A stretch of DNA of 64,000 bases from a bacterium (GTDB lineage Bacteria; UBA8248): positions 480,001 through 544,000 of the forward strand of contig CBDCRP010000002.1 in assembly GCA_965221165.1 (NCBI GenBank), given 5' to 3'. Below the pieces are notes generated by a model. That model had not been told where the DNA came from, made no database searches, and worked only from the letters and a program-made list of their open reading frames with translations. The stretch's first letter is position 1, and the number at the start of each line of letters is the position of its first letter. Below are positions 30,325 to 41,513 of the stretch, piece by piece. The translations under genes and the position numbers were made by a program.

Positions 30325-31646
30325 TGCGTGGAAATCTTGGGCGTGCTCCCATTCAGGGAACTAAGTTTCATGCCGGAAACGGGGTCGGGGATGGCGGAAA
30401 GAATGATTTGGGCGTTTTCGCTCACTCTATTTTTTATTACGACGCCATCTTGGCCTTTTCGAATGACTTGCACTTTCTGAATTCGTAGTTTTCCATCGTC
30501 GAACAAATAAATATGATCCCGCGCGCGTAACGCGGCACGCGGAATTACATATACATCGGACATTGTGATGCCTTCGATCTCTACTTGAACGAACATTCCC
30601 ACAAAAAGAGGAGGATGCTCTCCAGGAACCCAATTTCTCATGGGTTCGGGAATTTCCACTACGAGCGTGAGCGCGCGCGTGGACTCATCGAGCCCAGAGC
30701 CCACAAGAGATACTCGTCCTTTCCATTCAAACTGTTTTCCGAATTGGCTCCAGGATACCTTGGCGGCGGGGAAAAACGGCTTTACTTCTTCTTGACTGCG
30801 CGGAAAGGATACTTTCTGAATACGGCGAAACACCCAGCGCACATCCTCAACCGGCAACGAAACCGGAACTTCGAGCACTGAGACATCAAAAATTCTACCC
30901 ACGGATTTGCCCGTACTGGCGAAATCTCCCACATCCAAACTCGTCTCCCGTACCCGAGCATCAAAAGGAGCCACCATCTTCGTGCGGGATAATTGCAAAA
31001 CCGCCCTTTTGAGTTCGGAGCGATTCGCATCCAACGCCGCGCGTTTCTGTCTTAACTGAACGGGCAGAAGCGATAAAACATTTTTAATGGACTGGACTGT
31101 TCTTTCTTGCCTGAGAAAATTTTGTTGAGACTGATCATATTGACCAGAAGAAATCACACCTTGCCTTCTCAACTTTCTATTGCGTTGTATTTCCTGAACA
31201 AGCAATTCCAGATGGCTCCTGGCGATATTCAGATCGGCCTGATGGTTCTTCTCCTCTTGTCCTAATCGAGCAATATCGGCTCTGAGTTGTGCTATTTCTG
31301 CTTTACGCCGCTCAATGGCGAGTTTGTAGTCCGCCGGATCAATTTGAAACAACAAATTCCCTTTTTGGATAAAACCACCTGTCCTGAAGCCTGGAGAGCG
31401 CTTTATTACCCGACCCGAAACCTCGGGCACGATAGAAAGTTCCGTCTTCGGCCGCACTGTTCCGAATCCCTTCACCCAGAACGTCTTGTTCTGTTTTTTC
31501 AAGAGCATTGTTCTGACGAATCTACGCGGTGCGGGGGGAGCCACAGTCTCGGCTTCTGGTCGATTTTTAATCAGCCACCTAGTGACTCCTCCGCCAATTA
31601 CTAGAACCATGACGGCCAAAATGATGAAGACCTTTTGACGAGACAT
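30321..31646 (-). CDS. RND membrane-fusion (periplasmic adaptor) protein
   Basis: N-terminal TM, PEVSGRV, coiled coil, APFDA, GMFVQV. Confidence 0.92.
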   Translation of the reverse strand: MSRQKVFIILAVMVLVIGGGVTRWLIKNRPEAETVAPPAPRRFVRTMLLKKQNKTFWVKGFGTVRPKTELSIVPEVSGRVIKRSPGFRTGGFIQKGNLLFQIDPADYKLAIERRKAEIAQLRADIARLGQEEKNHQADLNIARSHLELLVQEIQRNRKLRRQGVISSGQYDQSQQNFLRQERTVQSIKNVLSLLPVQLRQKRAALDANRSELKRAVLQLSRTKMVAPFDARVRETSLDVGDFASTGKSVGRIFDVSVLEVPVSLPVEDVRWVFRRIQKVSFPRSQEEVKPFFPAAKVSWSQFGKQFEWKGRVSLVGSGLDESTRALTLVVEIPEPMRNWVPGEHPPLFVGMFVQVEIEGITMSDVYVIPRAALRARDHIYLFDDGKLRIQKVQVIRKGQDGVVIKNRVSENAQIILSAIPDPVSGMKLSSLNGSTPKISTQ

Positions 31647-31857
31647 CGTCTTATCGGTATCTCCTCTGTAAGCGGCAATATCATGATTTCGGCGGTAAGC
31701 CGCTTAGGCGGCCCAATAAATGGTTACGCTTCTCGGAAACTTTGATAAAGGCTGCGTATTGTATGCCTTCTTACCCCTATCAGCAGTGTCCCTGTGTGTC
31801 AAAAACCCGTTATTCTCTGATAAACTATAATTTCAATACACAAAAAAGGGAATCCAA

Positions 31858-32748
31858 ATGCACGAAGACGTCGCCTATTTTAGTGATGGCCTCAAAATCG
31901 CCGCGCACTTGTACCGCCCCGCCGACTGGCAGCCCGGCGATCCGCCTCGGCCGGGTGTTGTCTGTGTAACAGGCTACAGCGGACGAAAGAACCTGGCCAC
32001 CATCGATATGCCGATCCATTTGAGCAAAGCGGGTTTTTTCACCCTGGCACCCGATTATCGTGGTTACGGCGCCAGCGAAGGCGCTCGTGGACGCCACCGT
32101 CCGTTGGAGCAAGCCCAAGATACCTACGACGGAATCACCTACCTACAAACCGTTGAAGGTGTGGACCCTGAACGAATTGGCCTGTATGGCACCAGTTTTG
32201 GCGGCGCGCACGCCATTTGGGTGGCGGCGTTCGACGAACGGGTGAAGGCGACCGTCTCCGCCGTGGGGGTACACGACGGCGAACGCTGGTTGCAAACATT
32301 GAGAAGGCCTTATGAATGGCTTGCCTTCAAGTCCCGAATCAGAGAAACCGCCCGAAAGCGCGTCATCACCAATGAGCGGGAAACGATTATCCGGCACGAT
32401 ATTTATAGCGACGACCCGGACAACCCCAAGCCCCCGATGACGCTGGAAGAACACGGCTCCGAAGAAGTGCTCGAACTCGACTACGAAAGCGTGGAGTCGT
32501 GTTTTCGATATCGCCCGGAATGGGTGGTCGGGAAAATCTCGCCCCGACCCGTTTTGTTCATCTACGGAGAAGAAGACGTCATGGTTCCCCCATCCGAAGC
32601 GCACGCCTGCTATGCGGCCTGTGGCGAACCCAAGAAAATCGTCATGCTCCCCAAGGGACGCCATAACGACGTCTACCAGGTGAACAACCAACAGCTCTTC
32701 GAGATGGCCCTGAAGGAAACGACTGCCTGGTTCCGCGAGTATTTATAG
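31858..32748 (+). CDS. Alpha/beta hydrolase
   Basis: DYRGYGASEG, GTSFGG nucleophile elbow, GRHND. Confidence 0.88.
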   Translation: MHEDVAYFSDGLKIAAHLYRPADWQPGDPPRPGVVCVTGYSGRKNLATIDMPIHLSKAGFFTLAPDYRGYGASEGARGRHRPLEQAQDTYDGITYLQTVEGVDPERIGLYGTSFGGAHAIWVAAFDERVKATVSAVGVHDGERWLQTLRRPYEWLAFKSRIRETARKRVITNERETIIRHDIYSDDPDNPKPPMTLEEHGSEEVLELDYESVESCFRYRPEWVVGKISPRPVLFIYGEEDVMVPPSEAHACYAACGEPKKIVMLPKGRHNDVYQVNNQQLFEMALKETTAWFREYL

Positions 32749-32790
32749 ATATCCCCAATAAATCATACACATCGGAGGTGATGCGAAAAC

Positions 32791-33498
32791 ATGGGCGCCA
32801 CATTGATATTTCATGGACAATCGACGTTTCTTGTCAAAACAGACGGGGGAAAGAGCATCTACATCGACCCGTGGCTCGAGAAAAATCCCGTATGTCCGCC
32901 TGAACTGAAAACACCACAAAAAGCGGATCTCATCTGCCTGACACATGGCCATTTCGACCACACGGCCGACGTGATTCCCGTTTTCGAGGCGAATCCATGC
33001 CCCGTGGCGGGCCACATGGACCTGATTCGCACCATCAGCGCCGAACACGACCTGGGCGTCCACGCCACCCCCATGGGAAAAGACGGCACGGTCGATTTCG
33101 GCGGCGTCCAGCTCACCCTCACCCATGCCTTTCACGGCGGCGCGTATGGACCGGAACTCAAGTATACGGGCGAGCCCTGCGGTTTGATTCTTACCTTCGA
33201 GGACGGGAAACGCCTCTATCACGCGGGAGATACCGCCGTTTTCGGCGATATGAGGATCATCGCCGAACTGTATGCGCCGGACTTGTGCTGCCTGCCCATC
33301 GGGGACAGGGCCACCATGGGCGCGCGACAGGCTGCGCTGGCGTGTGAACTGCTCAAGGCGAAGTGCGTCGTGCCCATCCACCATTCGAGCCTGCCCCATC
33401 TTACGGGAACGCCCGAGGCGTTCATCGAAGAAGTCGATAAAAGGGGCCTGGATACGGAAGTTATCGTCCTAAAGCCAGGGGAAAGCGTAACTGTCTGA
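32791..33498 (+). CDS. Metal-dependent hydrolase, metallo-beta-lactamase fold (UPF0173-like)
   Basis: IDPWL, THGHFDH, YHAGDT, PIGD..TMG. Confidence 0.9.
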   Translation: MGATLIFHGQSTFLVKTDGGKSIYIDPWLEKNPVCPPELKTPQKADLICLTHGHFDHTADVIPVFEANPCPVAGHMDLIRTISAEHDLGVHATPMGKDGTVDFGGVQLTLTHAFHGGAYGPELKYTGEPCGLILTFEDGKRLYHAGDTAVFGDMRIIAELYAPDLCCLPIGDRATMGARQAALACELLKAKCVVPIHHSSLPHLTGTPEAFIEEVDKRGLDTEVIVLKPGESVTV

Positions 33499-33509
33499 CT
33501 TTAATGATT

Positions 33510-33953
33510 TTACGCGCTTGGCCTCTCGATGAGTTCGAGCGTGTTACCATCCGGATCCTCGAGGTATACGACGAAGCCTCCCGTGTTGGGACCCTGCGTG
33601 ACGGGCACGGGCTCCGAGACGAACTTCACCCCCCTGGGTGCTAAGGTTTCGTACATCCCCTTGAGATCATTGACGTTATAGGCGATGTGCGCGCTGCCCA
33701 CGTTGTTCGTGGCCGTGTCTATCCTAACCCCCGGCGCACCCACGTATTCGACCAGCTCGATGTGGTAGCCCCCGCCCTTGATGTAGACGATGCGCAGGTC
33801 GGCTCCGGGGATGCCCGTTACCTTCTCGCTGTAGTTCTGGGGCCGGGTGTCGACCGAAACGATGGTAAAATCAAGCATTTCGCAGTACCACCGGGCGATG
33901 GCTTCCGCATCGGACGCCGTGAAACTCGTATGGTTGATGCTTATCAGACCCAT
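33510..33953 (-). CDS. VOC/glyoxalase family protein
   Basis: INHTSF, IELVEY, HIAYNV, DPDGNTLELIE. Confidence 0.88.
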   Translation of the reverse strand: MGLISINHTSFTASDAEAIARWYCEMLDFTIVSVDTRPQNYSEKVTGIPGADLRIVYIKGGGYHIELVEYVGAPGVRIDTATNNVGSAHIAYNVNDLKGMYETLAPRGVKFVSEPVPVTQGPNTGGFVVYLEDPDGNTLELIERPSA

Positions 33954-34280
33954 CTCGCGCTTCCTTAAAAAATCGAATCTCGGGGATACACTCCCCCTCT
34001 TTTCTCCTCCAATTTCCCTCCATCAAATTGTCGCATATCGACTCTTTATCGTAAGACACGGATATAAATCCAGCCTTCCGTCAATAGTACGACTAAACGC
34101 GTTTTTTTATGATAACTATCTGTTTTTAATGATATATTTCTGTTAATGTCCTTTCTGTCTCCCCTTGTATTTTCGTCAAATTTATGCTTAAATACGCTCT
34201 CATTTGATGCCGGTCGTGTGCGTTTTGATTACGGATTACCCACACCCTCCGGCGCTGGAAACGATTCGCCGGGAGGGACC

Positions 34281-34900
34281 ATGCCCAAAAGAAGCGATCT
34301 CAAGCTTACCAAACGCGCCGTCGAAGCGAAAGACGCCGTGTTCTGGGACAGGGAGCTAGCCGGCTTCGGAGTGCGGGTCCACGCCACGGGCCGCAAGGTC
34401 TACGTGGCGCAGTCCCGTGGACCGTGGGGGCCCAAACGCGTAACGCCAGGTCGCACGGTGAGATATCGGCCGATGAGGCGAGGAAGCGTGCGGCCGGCGT
34501 CATCGACCGCATCAAGCGGGGCGAGGACCCGACGCCTAAGCCGCCCGAGGCTGCGCCCACGGTGTACGGACTGGCCGAGCGCTTCATGCGCTTCCACGCA
34601 AGCGCGCACTGCAAGCCGGAGACCGTCGCTACGTACCGCTCCGTGCTCGATGGACGCATCCTGCCGGCGCTGGGCGCGATGGCGATCAGTGAGGTCGGAG
34701 GGGCGGAGGTCTCGGCGCTGCACCACCAGCTCCGCGAGACGCCCGCCATGGCCAACGCGGCCGTGGATGTTCTCTCGAAAGTGTTCTCGCTGGCCGAGGC
34801 GTGGGGTCTGATTCCGGCCGGACGCAACCCGTGCCGGGCGGTGCGTCGCTACCGGACGCGCCTGAGTGAGCGGTTCCTGACGCCTGCGGAATTCCGGCGC
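34281..34900 (+). pseudogene. Tyrosine recombinase/integrase remnant (arm-binding and core-binding domains only)
   Basis: KLTKRAVE…WDRELAGFGVRV…GRK; frameshift near 34450; NPCRAVRRY…ERFLT then lost; no catalytic domain. Confidence 0.8.
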
Positions 34901-35030
34901 ATGAGGCCCCGGCAGCGGCGGCCTTTTTCGCACTCTGGCCGCCTCCGAACACCAGGGGCCGGAATCGTCTCACGGGACACGCAGCCCCCGGCCTTCGCAT
35001 CGTGTTGATGGATGAGGGGAAACGCCCATT

Positions 35031-35253
35031 GAGGCCGTTGAGAGCCGGACTCTGGAGGAGGGCTGCACGATGGTCCGACAGGGACGCTCCGGAGTGAGCG
35101 GGAGTTTGAATTGCTCCGCTTCCGTTTTGATTACATGCTGCAGGACGCGAATCCCGAATAGGAATGGGAACAATGAACCTTTCCCAATAACATCAACAGG
35201 ATAGAAGGATTCCATCGTCGGCAAAAGCGCCTCTCCGCCTCTAAGCGGGCGGA
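35031..35253 (+). repeat. Diverged direct repeat, copy A (copy B at 52154-52375)
   Basis: Colinear shared blocks e.g. TGCACGATG.TCCGACAGGGAC, GCGGGAGTTT.A.TTGCTCCGCTTCC, TTTGATTACAT. Confidence 0.8.
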
Positions 35254-35271
35254 AAATCACTTATTTACCCA

Positions 35272-35397
35272 GATGGCGACCCCGGCATTTTCTTTCGCAA
35301 GCCGATAAGCCTGATGTTTATGGTCCTGGGCTTGATCTACCTCATCAGCGTTTTCCTGAAGCGGACTTCCCTGTTGAAGAAGCAGCGTTTCGCCTGA
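35272..35397 (+). pseudogene. Possible C-terminal fragment of a TctA tripartite tricarboxylate permease
   Basis: DGDPGIFFRKPISLMFMVLG… resembles the TctA C-terminus. Confidence 0.35.
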
Positions 35398-35445
35398 TCC
35401 CCGTTTTCATTAAAACTGGGGTTTTCTCCGCCCGCGTCCTGAAAT

Positions 35446-37542
35446 TCATCGTTTAAGCCGCATGATGATGTTGTCGAACGCATCCCTGGCGACGGCGAAA
35501 TCGGGGGGAACCAGTATGGTGGCGTCGAACTCCTGGAGGATGAACGGCCCTTTTTTCATGGATTCATCGAGCATGGAGCGGTTGATGAGTTTCGCAGCGG
35601 CCCAGCCCATCTCGGCGCCGAAGTAGGCTTGCCGCTCGCCCGTCCTGGTTTTCAGGATTTCAGGGAACTGGAGCGATTCCGGGAAGCGCGGCGTATCGGA
35701 AACGCCCGTGGCGACCAGGTGGAGGTTCACCAGTTCCACGAGTCCGTCGCCTCCCCGGTGGCCGTAGGTGCGCTCGTGTTCATCTTCAAAGGCCGCGGAG
35801 GCTTGCGCGAGCGCATCGCCTGGCGAGCCGTTCTCGGGCCATGGAATCGACAGCTCGTGCGTTTGCCCGTAGTAGCGGAGTTCACCGCGCCTGCGGAGGC
35901 GGCATTTCTCGCCTGGGTATCCCTCTTTAGAGAGCAAATCGCGCGCTTCGGCCTCAAGGCGCTCCCAACGGGCTTCGACCGACCCGGGGTCGAGTTCGTC
36001 GGTTCTTCCCAAAAGGGTTTGGGTGAAGTGGTGCTCCAGGTCGGAATAAAGCAGCCCGAAGGCGGAGAAAATACCCGAAGAGGGGGGGATGACCACCTGG
36101 GGAAGTTCCAATTCTCTCGCGACGGAGGCTGCGAACAGCCCCCCGTTTCCGCCGAAGGCGAACAGGCTGAAATCCCGAGGGTCCTTCCCTCGCTCGGTGG
36201 AGACTGAACGAATCGCCCGCGTCATGTTCGAGGTCGCGATTTGAGTGACGCCGTATGCGAGCGTCGTGATGTCGAGACCCAAAGACGTCGCCACCTTCTC
36301 GCCCAGGGCAAGCTCGGCGGCGGATGAATCGAGCTTCACCGAACCGCCCGCGATGCCTTCTGGGTCGAGATAGCCAAGCAGCAGACAGCTGTCGGTCAGG
36401 GTGGGTTCCACGCCCCCGAGTCCATAGCATGCGGGACCCGGATTCGCGCCCGCGCTCTTGGGTCCCACCTGCAGAGCGCCTCCCTTGTCAATCCATACGA
36501 TGCTGCCGCCGCCCGCTCCGATCTCCGCGATATCGAGCGTGGGAGCGCGCAGGAGATAGCCCCCGCCGCGCGCGAGGCGATTCAACTGGGAGAATCCGCC
36601 GCCGACCTCGTATTCGGGGGAGAAGGTCGTCTCGCCGTTTTCGATGAGGCTCGCCTTGGCCGTGGTGCCTCCGATATCCATGGTGATGGCGTTGTTCACG
36701 TTAATGCGCCTGGCGAGGTGATGCGCCGCGACGACTCCTGCGGCGGGTCCTGATTCGATGATGTGGATGGGCTGCGCCCGCGCCACCTCGGCGGTCATTA
36801 TTCCGCCGTTGGACTGCATGATCAAGAGCGGAGCCGTGAACTCCCGTGCGCGCAGGCCCGCTTCGAGCGATTCGAGATATTGCTTGACGACGGGCATCAC
36901 GAAAGCGTTGATGACAGTCGTGCTGGTGCGTTCGTACTCCCTCATTTCTGGGAGGATGTCCGAAGAGATAGAGACGTCGACCCCGGGATTTTCAGAACGG
37001 ATGATGTCGAGCACGGTGCGCTCATGCTCTGGATTTGCATAGGAATTCAAAAGACAGACTGCGATGGATTCGACGCCCTGGCGGGTGAGTTCGGCGGTGG
37101 CGCTTCGGGCCGATTCCACATCCAGAGCTTCGAGTACTTCACCCGTATGGCTCATTCGCTCACGCACTTCCGCGCGGAGGAACCGCTCCACCAAAGGGGG
37201 AGGTTTCGCCCAACCCAGATCATACTGGGTGGGGATACGTATCCGCCTTAGTTCGAGGACGTCCCGGAAGCCCCGGGTGGTGATGAGGCCGGTCAGCGCG
37301 CCTTCGCGCTCGATGATGGCGTTGGTGGCCACGGTGGTTCCATGGTCCACCTCGGTGCAGTTTCCGGCGGATAAATGGTTCTCCTGCAGCAGATTTTCAA
37401 GCGTTTCCAGGATGCCGCGCTCATAGGCGTCCGTTGTGGAGATCGCCTTCGCCGTGTGAACGCATCCCTGCTCGTCGATGAGAACGATGTCGGTGAACGT
37501 ACCTCCGATGTCCACCCCGATTCGAAAAGATTGTCCGTTCAT
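35446..37542 (-). CDS. Hydantoinase A/5-oxoprolinase family subunit
   Basis: GVDIGGTFTD, HGTTVATNA, ESGPAAGV, DIGGTTAK, IGAGGGS, FGGNG. Confidence 0.93.
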   Translation of the reverse strand: MNGQSFRIGVDIGGTFTDIVLIDEQGCVHTAKAISTTDAYERGILETLENLLQENHLSAGNCTEVDHGTTVATNAIIEREGALTGLITTRGFRDVLELRRIRIPTQYDLGWAKPPPLVERFLRAEVRERMSHTGEVLEALDVESARSATAELTRQGVESIAVCLLNSYANPEHERTVLDIIRSENPGVDVSISSDILPEMREYERTSTTVINAFVMPVVKQYLESLEAGLRAREFTAPLLIMQSNGGIMTAEVARAQPIHIIESGPAAGVVAAHHLARRINVNNAITMDIGGTTAKASLIENGETTFSPEYEVGGGFSQLNRLARGGGYLLRAPTLDIAEIGAGGGSIVWIDKGGALQVGPKSAGANPGPACYGLGGVEPTLTDSCLLLGYLDPEGIAGGSVKLDSSAAELALGEKVATSLGLDITTLAYGVTQIATSNMTRAIRSVSTERGKDPRDFSLFAFGGNGGLFAASVARELELPQVVIPPSSGIFSAFGLLYSDLEHHFTQTLLGRTDELDPGSVEARWERLEAEARDLLSKEGYPGEKCRLRRRGELRYYGQTHELSIPWPENGSPGDALAQASAAFEDEHERTYGHRGGDGLVELVNLHLVATGVSDTPRFPESLQFPEILKTRTGERQAYFGAEMGWAAAKLINRSMLDESMKKGPFILQEFDATILVPPDFAVARDAFDNIIMRLKR

Positions 37543-37649
37543 GATCTCGATTTCTGAAGGCGGAAGCGCCCGGGAATGGCGTCCCACCGTGGTGTTATGA
37601 TAGCTTCCCGCTCTACTTTGATATTGAACCATCTTGGCACGGAGAACGC

Positions 37650-39368
37650 ATGCTTGAAAAGCGTCTGGACCCTGTGACGACATCCGTCGTGGAACGCGGA
37701 TTGTTCAGCGTGGCCGATGAAATGGCCGCCGTCATCGTTCGTACGGCCTATTCCCCCCTGGTCCGCGACCTGCTCGATTTCACCGTCGCGCTTTGCAACC
37801 CGCGAGGGGAGATGGTGGTTCAGGGCGTGGGAATGGCGATTCACCTAGGCGCATTGCCGACCGCTGTGGCCGCCATGCTCAAACAGTTCGAGGGAAACCT
37901 CCGCCCGGGCGACGCCCTCATCATGAACGACCCCTACGAGGGCGGTATGCACCTGCCCAACATCGTGCTCGTCACGCCGATATTCTGCGCCGATGAATTG
38001 ATGGGGCATGCGGTCGCCATGGCCCACATGACGGACGTCGGCGGCCACGTGCCGGGGAGCGTTCCGGTGAACAGCCGGGAGGTTTTCGCCGAGGGTCTCA
38101 GGATCCCGCCCCTTTTGCTGGAGCGAGACGGGAGACGCGATCAGACGCTGATGGCCTTGATCGAGAAAAATTCCCGGCTTCCGAGAGATTTTTTCGGCGA
38201 CTTGGAAGCCCAGCTCACGGCCTGCCGCCTGGGGGAGAGGCGTTTCTCCGCCCTGGCGCGGCGCTACGGCAACGAGGTGATGCGGGCCGCCATGGCGGGC
38301 TTGCTCGACCGAAGCGAGAAGATGGCGCGCGCGGAAATTGCCGCGATGCCCGATGGCGTCTATTCTTTTGAGGATTGGCTCGATAACGACGGCATGGATG
38401 GCGGGCCGCAGCGCCTCTTCGTTACCGTCACGATAGACGGGGATGATTTGACCGCCGATTTCACGGGTACGGATTTACAGGCCCCCACCGCCATCAACTC
38501 TCCTCTCGCATATTCGCGCTCGGCGTTCTATCTCGCGGTGCGCTCCATCATGAATCAGGAAATTCCCAACACGGCGGGTTTTTTCCGCCCGCTTCGGCTC
38601 GTGGCGCCGGAGGGAACGCTCGTTCACCCCAGCTTCCCGGCGGCCGTGGGCGCGATGGGCGTGGTGGGCTACCGGGTGGCGGATTGCGTTTTCGGCGCCC
38701 TGGGCCAGGCGGCGCCGCACCTTGTGCGGGCGGCGAGCGAGGGCGGCACCACGCGCTATACGGTGGGCGCTACGAAAAACGGCGCGCCCAGCATCCTCAG
38801 CGAGGCGCTCGTCGGCGCTTGGGGCGGTCATCCTCACATGGACGGCATCGACGGCGTGGCGAACGTGGCCGCCAACATGGCGAACTCGCCCGTCGAGATG
38901 GTGGAGAGCACCTATCCGGTATTGGTGGAGGAATACGCCTATGAGCCCGACTCGGAGGGTGCGGGTAAGTTTCGGGGCGGTCTGGGCGTGCGTCGAAAGA
39001 TTCGCATTCTCGCGCCCGAGGGTGGAGTGCTCCAGGTTCGATCAGGCAGGGCCGATCACGCGCCGTGGGGGCTTCATGGCGGCCACGACGGCACCATCTG
39101 CCAGAATGTTCTCGACCCCGACACCCCGAACGAGCAGCGTCTCAAGGGAAACGAAACGATTCACGTACCCGAAGGAACGGTGTATGTCCACGTCACTCCC
39201 GGAGCGGGAGGACACGGCCCGCCGCAGGAGCGTGAACCGGCTCTGGTGGCTCTCGACGTGCGGGACGGGAAAATCTCCGTCCGGCGCGCGCGGGAGGTCT
39301 ACAGGGTCGCGGTCGATGAAGCGGGTGCGCTCGATGAAGCCTCGACGATGAAACTGCGCGGCGAATGA
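37650..39368 (+). CDS. Hydantoinase B/5-oxoprolinase family subunit
   Basis: RTAYSP, NDPYEGGMHLPN, HMTDVGG, EGLRIPP, GAGKFRGG. Confidence 0.93.
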   Translation: MLEKRLDPVTTSVVERGLFSVADEMAAVIVRTAYSPLVRDLLDFTVALCNPRGEMVVQGVGMAIHLGALPTAVAAMLKQFEGNLRPGDALIMNDPYEGGMHLPNIVLVTPIFCADELMGHAVAMAHMTDVGGHVPGSVPVNSREVFAEGLRIPPLLLERDGRRDQTLMALIEKNSRLPRDFFGDLEAQLTACRLGERRFSALARRYGNEVMRAAMAGLLDRSEKMARAEIAAMPDGVYSFEDWLDNDGMDGGPQRLFVTVTIDGDDLTADFTGTDLQAPTAINSPLAYSRSAFYLAVRSIMNQEIPNTAGFFRPLRLVAPEGTLVHPSFPAAVGAMGVVGYRVADCVFGALGQAAPHLVRAASEGGTTRYTVGATKNGAPSILSEALVGAWGGHPHMDGIDGVANVAANMANSPVEMVESTYPVLVEEYAYEPDSEGAGKFRGGLGVRRKIRILAPEGGVLQVRSGRADHAPWGLHGGHDGTICQNVLDPDTPNEQRLKGNETIHVPEGTVYVHVTPGAGGHGPPQEREPALVALDVRDGKISVRRAREVYRVAVDEAGALDEASTMKLRGE

Positions 39369-39378
39369 AGGCGCGCGG

Positions 39379-41511
39379 CTAGCATCGTCGTTTCGTCCGG
39401 CTCGTTTTCTTGCGCGTCATAACGAATCTGCCCAGAGAATCCACCTCCACGCGAAACGAGGGCGGGATGAGCACCGTGGAATCGGGTTGCTCGATGACCG
39501 CCGGGCCTTGAACCCGGTTTCCGCCTTTCAGAAGCTCTCGTTCATAGATGGGGCAGTCGATGAAATTTCCGGCCTCCTGGAAATGCACCCCCCGCTCGCC
39601 CTTGAGCGCCGCCTTGGGACTGTTGGGACCTGAGGCGATTTTTTTCGGGCGAATGCGGTCCGTGAGGCCGATGGCCGAGACGCGAAGGGTCACGGCCTGC
39701 ACGCTTTCCGCCTCATCGCAATAGCTGTACTGGCGCAGATGCGCGTCGTGAAAAGCCCGCCGCGCCTTGCCGAGCCACGCGGGGCCTATCTTTCCGCCGG
39801 GCAGCGGCACGTTGATCTCATAGTTTTGAAGCGGGTAGCGCAGGTCGGCCGAGCGCACGAGCATGCGCTTCGTCCGGGGCGCCTTTTCGCCTTTGAGCCA
39901 TTCGTCCGCCTCCGCTTCAAGCTCGGCCATGAGCGCGGCGATTCGCTCCGCGTTCTCCCCATCGAGGCTCAGCCGGGTGGTGGCCGTAAAGTCCGCTCTC
40001 ATGTCCGCCCAGAGCAGGCCGAGTGCAGAGAAAACGCCCGGCGCCTCGGGGATGATGATGCGCGGAATGCCGAGTTCGTTCGCCAAGTCGGCCGCGTGCA
40101 GGGGGCCCGCGCCGCCAAAGCTGATGAGCGCGAAATCACGCGGGTCATAGCCTCTGGCGACCGAGACCACGCGAAGCGTGCGAACCATATGGGCGTTCAC
40201 GACCTCGATAATTCCTGCGGCAGCTTCCATGGTGGAGAGCCCGAGTGGTTCGGCTATCTTCTCTTCGATGGCCTTTTCCGCGTACTCGAGATGGAGGCGT
40301 GATTCTCCTCCGACGAAATAATCCGGGTTCAGGCGGCCCAGGACGAGGTTCGCGTCCGTGACGGTGGGTTCCTCGCCCCCCCGGCCGTAGCAGACCGGGC
40401 CTGGTTCCGAACCCGCGCTGTGGGGGCCGACTTTCAGAACGCCCACGCCGTCCACCGAAGCGATGGAGCCGCCGCCCGCGCCGCATTCGGTCAGGTCGAT
40501 GACGGGCGTCTTGACGGGATATCCCGTAAAACGGACCGCCAGGGACTGGTGCATGCCCATCCCGATTTCGTATTCGGTGGTGGTCTTGTAGGCGCCGCCC
40601 TCAATCAGGCTCGTCTTGGCGGTGGTGCCGCCCATGTCGAAGGAGATGATGTCGGGTTCTTCGATCTCCCGCGCGAGGACGGTGGCGGCGATGACGCCCG
40701 CCGCGGGGCCTGATTCGATGAGCGTGTGGGGGCGTTCGCGCGCAGATGCGGGCGACATCAACCCGCCGGCGGAGTTCATGATGAGGAGCTTTTCGGGGCG
40801 GTGGCCGAGCTGGGATACCTCATCGTGCAGCCTTTCCGTGTAGCGCGCGAATATGGGTTTCAGGTAGCCGACGAGCGCGGCCGTGCTGGTTCGCTCGAAT
40901 TCGCGAAACTCGGGCGTGATGTCCGAGGAGGCCACGATGTGGCGGCCCGGAAGCGCGCGAAAGAGATGTTCTTTCACCCGAAGCTCGTGGGCGGGATTCA
41001 CATAGGAGAACAAAAGCGCGATCACCACCGATTCGGCGCCCGAGGCATCGAGCGCATCCGCGAGGCGGTCGAGTTCCGCTCTCGTCAGTTTGGTGACGAC
41101 GTCTCCGTTCCACCCCAGTCGCTCGTTCACCTCGAAGCTGAGCCGCCGGGGGATGAGGGGCTTGGCCTTCACCTCCTGCAAGTTATACAGACTCGGCCTG
41201 CGCTGGCGGGCGATCTCGAGAATGTCCCGAAACCCTTGGGTGGTGACCAGGGCGGTGCGTGCGCCCTTTGATTCCAAAACGGTGTTGGTGGCCACCGTAG
41301 TGGCGTGGAGGATGCGTCCCACCTCCTCAGGCGATATGCCTCGCGTCGCCCTCTGGAGTCCGTTGACGAAACAGCCCTCCAGATTTACCGGCGTGGTATC
41401 CACCTTGTAGGAGGCGATGAGCCCCTCTTGCTCTCCCATGAGGACGACGTCGGTGAACGTGCCGCCGATGTCGATGCCGACGCGGTATTTTTCTTCCTTT
41501 CTCGAGGCCAT
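39379..41511 (-). CDS. Hydantoinase A/5-oxoprolinase family subunit (second)
   Basis: GIDIGGTFTD, ESGPAAGV, DMGGTTAK, FGGAGPLHA. Confidence 0.93.
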   Translation of the reverse strand: MASRKEEKYRVGIDIGGTFTDVVLMGEQEGLIASYKVDTTPVNLEGCFVNGLQRATRGISPEEVGRILHATTVATNTVLESKGARTALVTTQGFRDILEIARQRRPSLYNLQEVKAKPLIPRRLSFEVNERLGWNGDVVTKLTRAELDRLADALDASGAESVVIALLFSYVNPAHELRVKEHLFRALPGRHIVASSDITPEFREFERTSTAALVGYLKPIFARYTERLHDEVSQLGHRPEKLLIMNSAGGLMSPASARERPHTLIESGPAAGVIAATVLAREIEEPDIISFDMGGTTAKTSLIEGGAYKTTTEYEIGMGMHQSLAVRFTGYPVKTPVIDLTECGAGGGSIASVDGVGVLKVGPHSAGSEPGPVCYGRGGEEPTVTDANLVLGRLNPDYFVGGESRLHLEYAEKAIEEKIAEPLGLSTMEAAAGIIEVVNAHMVRTLRVVSVARGYDPRDFALISFGGAGPLHAADLANELGIPRIIIPEAPGVFSALGLLWADMRADFTATTRLSLDGENAERIAALMAELEAEADEWLKGEKAPRTKRMLVRSADLRYPLQNYEINVPLPGGKIGPAWLGKARRAFHDAHLRQYSYCDEAESVQAVTLRVSAIGLTDRIRPKKIASGPNSPKAALKGERGVHFQEAGNFIDCPIYERELLKGGNRVQGPAVIEQPDSTVLIPPSFRVEVDSLGRFVMTRKKTSRTKRRC

Positions 41512-41513
41512 GG

